Source: Lingula anatina | Lineage: Eukaryota > Animalia > Brachiopoda | Direction: 5' to 3' | Assembly (NCBI GenBank): GCA_051362555.1 | Contig: CM120640.1 | Location: forward strand, 63,404,788 to 63,468,787 | Length of the DNA: 64,000 nucleotides | Shown here: positions 14,201-25,700 of the stretch, piece by piece | Position numbering within the stretch: the stretch's first letter is position 1 | How the letters are laid out: each line of letters begins with the position of its first letter | Position numbers and translations under genes: made by a program | The notes under the pieces: generated by a model | Seen by the model: the letters and a program-made list of their open reading frames with translations, nothing else | What the model was told of the DNA's origin: nothing | Database searches by the model: none

Positions 14201-17200
14201 TAATATCTAGGGAATTCATCCCAGTGTAAACATAGCACTTAGTCTGTGTCAGGTATGCGTCTGCTCTCTTCCATGGTTTGAGTCTTGGTGAAAAGATAAA
14301 TCTTGTAGTCTACGGATCTCAGACAGTTTGCAAACAGAGCAGAGCACCATCTGGCTCATCCCAAGCATCATTGGCGATAATCACTTTTTCAATCTGCAGA
14401 ATATCATTCTAAAGTGCAGTTAAATTTCTAATGAGCAAAACTGCTGTAGGAAATTGCAGTGGTTTAAAATAAAAGTGCCCGTCTTGATCACCCCTGGGGA
14501 TACCAAGGGGCCTTGAGACTAATTAGTTTGAAAAAACTGTAAAGGAGAGCCATTGCAGTGATGTGAACTATTAAAAGGAACAGCTTGAGTAAATCTGCTG
14601 GCTGAATAAGGGACCATGGAAGAGTTGAAATTTTAGTCATTACAAATGCTGAAAGAGAAAGTAACTGCACTGGATTTACCACCTGAATTAAGTCAACCAA
14701 ATGAAATTTTCTCTCACGTTTGCTTCAAGCCACTGATCTCAATTTGCAGAAAGTGTTATTTTAATAAAATGGTTCATTAATACTCTTCCTTTAAACTATG
14801 ATTATCATTCTGGTTTCTTTCTTTCTTTCTTTTTTAATTTTACTATATGATAGCCAGAAGGGACTTCACATACTACTACATCTAAATGATCATATTAGGA
14901 TATCATCATAAATTGCCTGACAATGATACATGTAACTACAGCACTCCTAAATATGCTTTATACATATATATCATCTAGAATATATCCAGAAAAAAAGCAT
15001 GATACATCACTCAAACATTTGGCACACATGCTACAAATAAACTGGGTTAAGTCCTATCTGTAGTAGTCGGATCTTTTACACTTTCCCGTTCTCACTCCTT
15101 ATATCAACAATATAAACAGATAAGCAAATGGGTTTATGATAAGCACATATTCATAATATCAACCCCATGGATTTTTGACCCATCAATTATCTAAACTGTT
15201 ATAATACATATTGCTAGATGCCAGAAGAGGATACACCAGTCTCTTCCCTGCTGGCAGTACATAAAGATTGCACACTTAGATATCCCAACAGAGGTATTCA
15301 GGAGCATGCTTCTTCTACCTGTGGGCTGCACATGTTTTCCTGGTTTCCATGTTATCTCAATCATCTCATTACGAAACTGCGCCTCTTATCAAAGACCCCT
15401 CCACATCTCTTCACTTTACTGTTTTCAGCATCCTGAGCTAAATTATGTATCAAAAATAATACTCAGTAGCAATGGTATGCTTTTAATTAAATGTAAATAA
15501 ATAACATTCAACGTTGGCAGAATTATTCAAAAGCCAAAAGATAAACAAAGTACAATGAAATTAATAATGTTCAAATTCATCGCCCATTATTAAAAAAAAA
15601 ATCAAAGGCATTTCACTTCAGATAATTTTTTTCATTTGAAGAAAATCCTTTGATACTTACTAATCTGGCATTTCAGTATATAATATATGTTATAACATAG
15701 CCTGTCATCATATAAGCCTCTTTTTTCTTTTACATCTTGTTCTCCATGATCCATGAAAGATATGGGGTTCTTTTGCTAACTGAATTTAAAAAAAAAGAAA
15801 GTAACAAGCTGGTTCAAGGCAATGCAAGTCAATGCCTGAATGACGATGCTATTGATAAGAAATAGTTACTTTGGAAGAAAAGAGGAAAATTCATTTTAAA
15901 AATCCCTTAGGGCATTATACAAATAATTAGAGCCAAAAGAGAAATAAAGTCGAAAGATCTTTTCTAGATAATGCAGTCTTTCAGTTCTGTTTATGGTTTT
16001 AGACATCTTTGATATCATATACTTTAAAAACTATCCACCCAAAACATCTCTTAAGGTGTTAAAAATAAATATGACTAAGGAATAATAAATGTAGCTTCAA
16101 GGTTTTGCTAGCAAATACTCAATCATTTCATCTTAGACATGAAAGTCTATAAGTAATTTATAAAAAGAGAAAGTTCATAGCATAGATGGATATGCCATGT
16201 CTCAAAAATAATGTAATGTGTTGAATAATGTCATGGAATATGTTCTGGTAAGGCCATCCAATAAGAAACAACACAGCCACAGGCTGCTTTTGGACTAATC
16301 GATAATGATTATGTCTTCAAGTAATGTTTAATTTCTTCATCTATTAGATATCATCCACAAACTGTTCTTGCTTCCTCCAAAGGCCAATTTCTCAACACCA
16401 GGAGCTGCTTCATTGACTTTTTGCATGGAAAAGATAATTTCCCAAAGCTCCAGTAACACATCTTTTACCTAAGAGACTGAATTTGGGCTCCCACTGCACT
16501 TAGCAGTACAGATGTCTGCCCACATAAATGCAGTGCACGGGGCAAGTGGGAAGGGATTGACGGGGAGTGGGGTTTGCTTGGACGGGCACTTCATTCCACG
16601 TAGTTTGTTAAAATCAAAATCAATTTATAATTGATCAACAGGGTTGATTTACAAAGATTATATAATATTTCTCAGACAGTCAGTGTTTTAAGATTTACAT
16701 GTACATTCTACCAGAATATAAATATAATATCAAAAAGTGCATTGTCCGAGCTAATGCTGTTACCAATACCATGGATATTAATTTTATCAAGGAATGCATT
16801 ACTAATGATAGCAACACATTTTTGCTATTATGTCATCAAAAATATCTGAACATAAACTTGGAGCTGGATTCACTGGATCTGGACCACATCCTTTTTTTTA
16901 ATGCAGGATGTTGTTGAAAACACTTCAATGTCAATCTTTCAAGGACACCCTAACCTCTGTAATCTGCTTATTCTGACATAAACATATCTTAGAAAACCAT
17001 TAAGGTTATTGGCTTTAACTGTCAGACAGTGACAATGTCTTTTGTTTGGAAATGGACTTGAAATTTATTACTTTCCTGATAATGCATGAGCCAATTCTTA
17101 ATGTTTTGAATATGTAATTAAAAAATAACAAATCAATTAATCAAAACATCTGATTAACATAGTCAATGTAAATAAGAAGTACAGAGAACAAGATGAAAAT

Positions 17201-19317
17201 AATAACATGATTAGTAGTTTTATGAATACTGTCAATAAGATGCTCAGACATGAATATAAAATCAAATCATCTGAGACCTTTTAAACCAGACACCTATTGA
17301 TTATCATTCATAAAGTTGCAAATCACGTAATGGATAAAACAATTTGGCAGTCAATTCTCTTCACTTTATGAATCATACAGCTGCAGCTTTAATAATCAGG
17401 AGAAATGCCAAACAGGCACTAGTGAATTTTTTGTAGACAACAGGACAAGCCAACTTAAGATGGCAGAGCTACAATTATATAAAGAAATATGCTTGCTTAA
17501 GTGCCACAATCAGCAAGGGACAGGTCTCTAAAAATAAACTCAATTTAGCAGAGTTTCCAATTTACAAGAAATGACCATCTGTAAATTTGCTGAAAATTTG
17601 TAAGATGTTTTCCCATAATGAAAGTGAAAGGATACCAGATAATAGATGCCCAATGGATTTGACTCCCAGACAGATGCCATTTCCATTAACTGATTAGTGC
17701 ATTCCTCCAGAGACATCAAATATCATATTGACCGAGTTACTGCCTGCAGCCTAAGACATGGGTAACTGTTCAGTCTTTAAGTAGAAGACAATTGCCACTA
17801 ATGACATCAATGAGTATCCAAGTTGTTTTCCCTGCTAATTACCATGCAGACCATATGTGACCCTATCCAAACCTTTCACCTGTGTCAGAACATTTGACTG
17901 TATGTATATAATGGCTGATGCACCCAAATGTTTTAAGGGAGGATGAATATATAGGAAAAACTTAATTTCTACAGTAACAAAAGAACCTAGCACTGATATT
18001 ATAATTTATACTTTTATACAATATAATAATTGATAATATATAAAACTGGGAGTTTCAATCAATAAATTCCTTGTTGAAGTTAGCTTATTTTGAAATCCAC
18101 TACCTTATTATGTTGAGATGGGTGATATAGTTTTTAACTGTGAAATATTTTCACTGTCCTCAAGTAATTTATCTAAGCAATGTACTAAAGAAATAAGAAA
18201 ATTAAAGTAAAAATGAAAATAAAAGATGCAAATAATTTTTCTAAAATTATATCCAGTGAAAGCAGATGCAATGCATAGTTCATTAAAATCCAACTGTGAA
18301 AAAGAGTTTGTTGAAAAACCAGCAAAGTGAATATCATATACTGTGAAAAAAATGATGACCATAGAAAAAACTTAATCGAACTACATAATGTCAGATTCTC
18401 TCATTCTCAAATCTTTTGGTTCCTCACTTAAATAAAATCAGTATATAAACAAACAATCAAGGTATTTTTTACTAGTAAATGCTCATCTCAATATACTCTT
18501 TACTCCACCCTACTGAACATCCCTCATGTTTTTCCATGTCTTCAATATCCATGCTCGCCAAAAGGGATTTGGCAATCAGGGAAATAATGACAACCAATTG
18601 CCAGGTCATGTGGAATAGTACAGGACATTATGATATGACTTTCACAGCATATTTGTCCAACAATGATGGAATTCAGTTGACCAAATAAGCTTTAAAAACT
18701 GTCTGATATTGGCCTGTAAAGACAATACCATAGAAAAATCCAAGATTGCAGTTTTTTTATTTCAGTAACCTTCACTGAATCTTTAAATTAAAAAAATGAA
18801 CTAGGTGATCATGAGCTGAAGTTTGGGGCAGGGAAGGTCCCCCCTCCTCATTTCTGAATCTGTAGCGAAATATAGTATTATGCACGCATATTGTGCCAGT
18901 ACACAATATTACTAAAACAGTGGCATTGGCAATAAAGAGAACGAGTTACTTTGATAATACTTTCACAATATCTTAAACAATTATATACACAAATAAACTC
19001 TTTCTTACACACAAACACTCAATTCGTAATGAAATTGCAGGTTTCATATCACTGAGGCTGATTCATAACGTCTGACAGCTAATATAATGCTACGATGACT
19101 CATTCAACTGCTGAAAATGCGGAATAGACCAGCCGCAACGGCGCACTTGAACAAAAACAACGCACAAACTCAGCACATTACCTTTAGAAATCTTCTCCAA
19201 AATCAAACTTCTGTGATCCTCGGTTGCTGGTTCACCAACAATGAGCAATACAGCAGCTGCCGTCGGCATGACAGTATCGTTTGGTGCGGCGAGCTCGTCC
19301 GCACCTTCGTTTGCCAT
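1..19317 (-). CDS. MAP1B: Microtubule-associated protein 1 family (MAP1A/B/S, futsch-like), 5' portion; 3' end lies left of the window
   Basis: Exons 19317-19182 (MANEGADELAAP...LEKISK), 6314-6216 (GFKSWDIEASGCDINEAL) and 2051-<1, joined in phase 1 by GT-AG introns. The large exon reads HQSETLYAQVLVNP..., KPTLYIFPGCQGDSALFGVSGFNLLINGG...CFWDFTRHLDRIDAMLLTHLGADNLFG, LYHKVGHGTLDMYVLNP, LLVWRPA...RILFPGSAPQYKVFEGLERLKHL, which are hallmark MAP1 N-terminal motifs. A Lys-rich and then an acidic region follow. The symbol marks the family; this is probably the single invertebrate MAP1/futsch gene. Confidence 0.93.
433..552 (-). repeat. Coding 24-bp tandem repeat, about 5 units, encoding SKEPTPPP in MAP1
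   Basis: Variants of ggtggaggagtgggttctttagat repeat in tandem; the minus strand reads SKEPTPPVSKEPTPPPSKEPTPPPSKEPTPPPSKEPTPPP. Confidence 0.9.
3339..3374. repeat. (GT)n microsatellite
   Basis: Perfect GT run in MAP1 intron 2. Confidence 0.95.
8122..9085. mobile_element. Non-autonomous DNA transposon (about 960 bp) with ~33-bp terminal inverted repeats
   Basis: Left end ttaggccacacttttttatttttctggatgaca; right end tgtcatccataaaaataaaaaagtgtggcctta, its reverse complement with 2 mismatches. The interior is CpG-rich relative to the surrounding intron. No clear TSD; superfamily uncertain. Confidence 0.75.
10768..11485. mobile_element. MITE/foldback element with ~140-bp imperfect inverted arms
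   Basis: 10768-10907 (aggcctcataaacg...gtttccaagcacta) is the inverted complement of 11346-11485 (tagtgcttggaaacg...cgtttatgaggcct). There is an internal (TA)n at about 11245-11287. Confidence 0.85.
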
Positions 19318-19329
19318 AGTGTAGCCGGT

Positions 19330-20000
19330 AGCCGGTGTAAATAAATGTGTTTCAGACCTGACGTCAGGCGGCGCGCTTCTCAGCGAATCGATATTTATTT
19401 TTTATCTAGGCCGTGCCGTTAGGCGGCGCGTTTAGTGGAGAGTAAAGAAAAGCATTCATTTTCATCTCACGAAGATGAAGTCATAAGTCCACAAATTTGA
19501 TAAAATGGCATGATATGATTAACTTGTTCTTTCTGATTTTGCAATGAACTTAAGTAATGTTTCTTATATATTATAATATTTAACTTTATAGATTCTGTCC
19601 CATCTCTGATTTTGGCGACATCTATAGTTGAGCAAACTCTCCCAACCTGAAGTCTGCTGTTTTGTGTCATTAATATTCGGTGAGTTTTTGTGGTTGGAAT
19701 CAAACTTGGGAAAGTACTGTAGATCATCTCAGAAAATGATGGACACGAATACCTATTGCTCTCTCTGCAAGTTGCATGTGTAGGACATCAGAATTCTAGT
19801 CAGCGACTTCGCTCGTCACTTTTATCTGAAACCCATAATATACTTTAATGATCGACCGGCCTCGGTTTTGCTGAGATAGAGTGGTGTGGTTTTCAGAAGT
19901 TCTTAGCGGGGAAGAGGGGTGGTGGCGTAGGTGACAATCCCTATTTTAATATCCCTACGCCCTTTGCACATCGAGCGGTGCAATAACCAGATCGCACCAA
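19330..20000. promoter_or_regulatory. CpG-rich, probably bidirectional promoter region for MAP1 (-) and UBA6 (+)
   Basis: Palindromic CRE cctgacgtcagg at 19357-19368; aggcggcgcg at 19366 and 19421; local CpG enrichment. A strong donor gtgagt at 20001 suggests a non-coding first UBA6 exon. Confidence 0.55.
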
Positions 20001-21413
20001 GTGAGTGGTCCTAATATATTTTCGGTATCACGGGGTTTTCCAATTACTTTTACTCCCTTTCACAAGCCCCAATTGACAATCAGAATTTATCTTGTGTTAA
20101 GCAAGAAGCTCTTATTAGGTGACTCTTATGTACTAGAAAAGCTCTTAAGTTGCCAATCTTGCAATACAGAAAAACTGTGCTGGTCACTGTCAAAAGGGTA
20201 TTAATCAATATCCTGGATCTGGTAAAGGTGATTTAATTATCTTTGTCCACATTTACATTTTCTGTTTTTGAGAGCCTATATGCTAGAGGAATATAAGACA
20301 TGGTATAGGCACCTGAACTTAATTTAAAGCAAAAAAAAAAAAATCAGAGTAGACCTTGGATCATCATGAAGTATTAAAATTTGTTATTTTGCAGTTATGT
20401 CCAAATCACATTTTAAATCTCATTCAACTTTATAGTCTGAGTTACCAGTCATTGTTTTTCCCACTACCATGGAACATCAGTCTTGATGATATAGGTGAAA
20501 TTAAAAAACCTTACATGTTTCTATAATGCAGAGGTGTTTTCTAAATTAATTTTTTATTAATTTTTTTATTATTTATTTATTTATCAAGTTTTTTTAAAAA
20601 TATGTCAAGTTGTACCCTATAGTACAATCAGCTCTACCAAATCATCTCACTGGCCATTAATTCTCTCATGGGTAGCATAGTTTCAAGCATGCAAAGCAAT
20701 TTACATTATTTTATTATATTTGACTCACATTGGGACAGGAAGATTTGTTTGTTGTATATGAAGATTTGCCAGTATGGTGATGTTTTTATGTGTTTCAAAT
20801 AATACCAAAAAATACTTCTTGTCACCAGATATGTTCAACATAAATGAACATTCCCATTATTACAAATCTGCAGTCTACTGTAGCTTCCTCACTAAATCAG
20901 GCACATTCAGTAGATTTATAAAACATGACTATGAAGCAGGGGTTTCCCCAGAAGTCCAAGATGTTAATCTGTAATTTTGTCAATGATTTATAGGGAGTCC
21001 AACAAGGGGGGGGGGGTTATGTCAAATAACTTTCTGGGAGTTAACTATGCTGTCCAAAGGCCGCCATTCCTCAAAAATTTCATAATCCGTCCAGTCATCT
21101 TTGAAAATATAGGTTGTCTTTTCGTTAAGTAGTGGCCATCTCACTGTGGAAAGCCTTGGTATGAAAACATGTCTGTTTGATTATATCAGCTTTGCAATAT
21201 ATTCGTACCTTACGGACAAGCCACAATATATTTGGAGGCATTTATAAAATACATGTATATCAAGTTATTAATGTTTGTGGAAAATTGAAGGAATTATTTT
21301 TGGAGGAAAAATACTGGACATTTTGAAAGACTAAATAGTACTTTTATTGTTTATTTTTGTATCCCTCCTTTGAAATTTAGGGACCATTCCCACAGATATT
21401 TGGATTGATCTGT

Positions 21414-21577
21414 TTCCCTGGGGAGTCTCACTACATTGCTGTCCACTTGACTGGCTTAAATGTCTGTCACGCCTAGTAAAGCTGTGAGGGGTATCTTTAC
21501 CCCCTAGCTGATTCGGTAGGCGTGACAGACATTTAAGCCAGTTAGCTGATAGCAATTTAGTGAGACTCCCCAGGGAA
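21414..21577. mobile_element. Short hairpin/foldback MITE (about 165 bp)
   Basis: ttccctggggagtctcacta pairs with tagtgagactccccagggaa, and ctggcttaaatgtctgtcacgccta pairs with taggcgtgacagacatttaagccag. Confidence 0.8.
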
Positions 21578-22797
21578 CCCATTCTTACTTATGCATGGGT
21601 TCAGTCTGGCACACATTTTATTAAGGCCTTATAAGTGAAGTTTTGTCTCCTAATCCAATTTTTACATCAAAGCAGCAATTGATTTTCAGAAAAAAATGAA
21701 ATATATTTCTTTTCTTTTAAAATTTAACATGTTCACGCTATACTAGTATTATATACCAAGGATGTGAATTTCTTTGTTCAAAACAAATTGATGAAAAAAT
21801 AATATCAGCCTCATGTACACATCTGTTTTTTGCATGGTTTTTATCATATGGATGCCATTAGATTTTTTATTTCGGTTCCCTTTACTGATTTCCAGTGGAA
21901 CTATTTTTATTCATTATATACTTCATTATATTTTATCTCTCATCACTTTCAAAGTTGCCCACTTCCCAGTAAATTAATATTGCTATTGCTCTACTTTGGC
22001 TTCACAGATACTAGTATGTGCCTATCGTGTGTCAGTGTGTGTGTGTGTGTGTGTGTTTGTTTAGTTCCAATTTTTGGCATTAAACTTTTAAGATTTTGTA
22101 TTATCCACCCTGTATTTACAGATATTTGTGGGATCACACTATTACAAGTGTTCCCACTGATTTATGTAGGTAATACTGAAAAAAAAAAGCATTGCTTTCT
22201 CAGGGTGCATAGCTCAGGGTGGTTCTGTTCTATTCTCAGCTTTGCATTATTGACTTTCAAAGACATACCACATGTATGATTTTCATTCAACGAAAAATAT
22301 GTCTGGGAAAAATGAATTGCATAAGCATAAACGTATTTGTCTGGGATCTTCTATATTTGTCCTATTTCATTGATTTTCTCCCGTCGTTTCCATGGTTACA
22401 TGATTATCTCTACTGCTAGAATAATTGACTCAAAAATCTATGAGAAGGATATGTTTGAGCATCATGATGTAGATTCTAAATATAAGTTTTCTAGTAAGAT
22501 AGTTCAATATATGAATTGAAATGTATATATAAATATATATTTATAATTGTATGTACATGTAAATATATGAATAAAAACGTTTTCACAAAAGTTATTTTGG
22601 CTCACAATATGCTAAATGATTTGAGAAAAAAAAGATTCCCTTAAATGATAGAACCTGATCCTTATGTTTTGGATATGATTTTTATCATCTAATATATTTA
22701 AAGGTTAACTACGTTAGGAGATATCAAGACGTCAGTTCCAGCTAAGAAATTGAGGCTTGCTGTAGAGCCAGTGAGAAGCTCTTGTCACACAGACAAC

Positions 22798-25700
22798 ATG
22801 GCTTCTGAGATAGATGACTCTTTATACAGGTAAATAGTATCATTTTATTATAATTTTGTTGACTTATTTACAGTGTTTATCATTGAAACTACAATTTGAA
22901 ATGCATTTTTCAGGTACATTAATATTTTTTTATGTGATATTACATTGAGATGTCTGATGATAATGCTAAACTCATTCTAGTTTAGTTAAGATAGTAAATG
23001 TAAATTTTTGGATAAGTATATCATTTTGTATTTTGCTTTGTTGCTTATGTAATGTAGCTGTCGCTGCCAATAATCATTATTCATCTGTACTATTACAGTC
23101 TTGTGAAAGCTGGAAATAGGAAAATAAGCTGAATGTTGAAAATGACAAATTTTTTTTTTCTAAAATACTGTAGTATACACTAGTTAATAGGTAGAGGTTA
23201 TCAGTCTTTGAAAATATTGTCATGGCCTATGCCTGACAACCTATGCCTGACAACCAGGGGCAAATATTATACTGTCCACTAAAATATTGCTTTCACAAGT
23301 TGATTAGAATTGCAGTTACTCCATTTGAATTAGAAAAATTAAGTTAAAATATTTTGTTATTTTTTGTTTTCCAGTCGACAGCGCTATGTGCTGGGTGATA
23401 ATGCCATGCTGCGTATGGCAAGGGCAAGTGTGCTGGTATATGGAATGGGAGGTGTAGGAATAGAAATTGGTAAGTTGAAAAACTCATTAATTGATTAACA
23501 TCAACTAAACAGTTCAATGTATGAGTAAACCAGACACAGGTGTCTAGAACCAAGTTTTAAGTAGTTGTCTGATGGTAATTGAGCTGAATATTGCTATCTG
23601 AGTCATATGTTATATATACCCAGAGCTCAAACATACAATTGTCTTACCACCCCAGTAGGATTGGTAAAATATAGAAAAGTTGTACCACAAAGGTTATATG
23701 TCAGCAATGTGTCTGCTTTTTATGGTTGCTGTGAGCTGTTATACAAGGATTTCATGGTTGATTTTGAATATTATTTTTAAATTTAAATGAAAAAATCATT
23801 TAATTGTATTATATCTATATATACTGATAGAAAAACTTTTTATCAAAATGTGTATTTTGCCTATCCTAATACCAGTGCTGTGCAGTTGATTATTCCTAAA
23901 AGATCAATTTATGACAACGTTTGGCCGAAATTCGAATTATTTTCATTAATAGTAATTAAGCTATTTTGGTAAATAATTTTTGAAATTTATCAGTAAATTA
24001 TATCTTCATGTGTCAGGATGTTTTACTGCGCAAAAAAGAAGTGTATTTAATTGTTATTTCAATGCTTTCTTCCCTTAAAGTTAAATAGGTACTTATTATA
24101 TTTGTGTGTATGTGTATGCATATGCGCATGTGCAAGTGTGTTTTCAAATTTCAATTTTTGTAATACACCTATTCAAGTGTAAGGAAAGGCTATTGCCAGA
24201 GCATTAAGGGGTGCAAGCCATTAAAAGTCTGCTACATATGAATGCAATTTTACAGCAGAGAGGTAATCATACAATCTGTACTTTGTCAAATTCTCTTCCT
24301 TTGTTAATACACATGCAAATATGAAAAATTTTAAAAATTGTTTTAATCAATTCAGAATTTTTTTTTTTTTTTTTTGTGTATGTTTCTGTATGTGTGTGTT
24401 TGTGTGAGCCTATACGTCAGCTCTCTTCATTTTATTGTTTCACAAGGAATTTCAAGTGTATGGCCCTTATTTCCTTTCTCCCATTTTTTTTCACTAAAAC
24501 ACTCAGATACCTAAAGTTATCTTTAGGAACATTTTAACCAATTTCCCTTATTGTTATGCCATCTTTGTTCTTAAATTGCTCTTTGAGAAAAATTCAGTTG
24601 CACTAGTGATGCAAATAACTAGGCTGATTGTTTGTTTCAGCCAAAAATCTGGTGCTTGCTGGAATAAAGGTAGGTCTTATACTTGCATTCTTCTTAAATC
24701 AATTAAGATAAGAGACTGTCTTACTGCACAATGGCATAATGGGACTGTAGTATAGTGAACATGTACTTTTGTAAGGATTTTCACATCCCAGTCCAGAAAA
24801 AAAGTCTGTATAAAGATGGGAGGTTGTGACATAACTCTGTTAATGGCTTGATAATCAAACCTTGACATTACACTAGTCTTGCTTATATTGACTTCTTTCC
24901 AGTCGGTGACTATTCAAGATGCCAAATTATCCACACACTGGGACATGGGAACAAATTTCTTTATAACAGAACAGGATGTCAATACGGGCAGGAATAGGTA
25001 GTTGTTTGTATCTAATTTTGAGCTACATGTAGTTTAGCATTCAGCAGTGAAATCAAGTTTTCTGCAATATGTTTTAAGGCAGAAAAGCACAATGTTCTAT
25101 GTCTATAAGCAAAAGTGTTGCAGAACCACTAAAATACAATATTCTTTATCAGTCTTCTTTCCAGGGATAAGAGATGTTTGTTTTGGTCAAAAAAAGATTT
25201 TCCTGGGTTAAATGACAATTTTACCATTCTTACCAATGGTAAATGAATCCATTCTGATAGTTGGTCCATGTTTTTTTCTAGTAAGTTTGGTTTTTTTGTA
25301 ATAATCTCTTAAGAGCCATCTGTGTTATGAAGGTTTACGTGGTCTGATGGCAAAATTCCAGAACATATACAATAACTGCTTTTTTGGTGGTAAAATAGAA
25401 TTTATTGTTTGCAGTGTATTTATCGTGAAATATAAATTTCACGCGAACAGTTATCCCTTTAACATTAAGATTTTCACCTGTGAAGAAGGATGAATAAATG
25501 TGTAGTAATTATGTGAAACTACCTGTAATGTAACCTGTTCAACCATGAAAAAATTCTGATTTTTCTTTTTTGTTTATTAATTTACTGAAACCAGGTAAAT
25601 AAGGATTCTATGTCTGTTGAATTTATGCTTAAATATATAAACTTAAACAATTTTTCAGAGGAAATAAAACATTATGTTGCAATCTAGAATCAGTAAGAGG

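Noticed and set aside
6315-19181. Hidden genes in the 12.9-kb MAP1 intron (many ORFs of 60-104 aa)
   Set aside because: No recognisable motifs, AT-rich composition and no coherent exon chain; several ORFs overlap MITEs or microsatellites.
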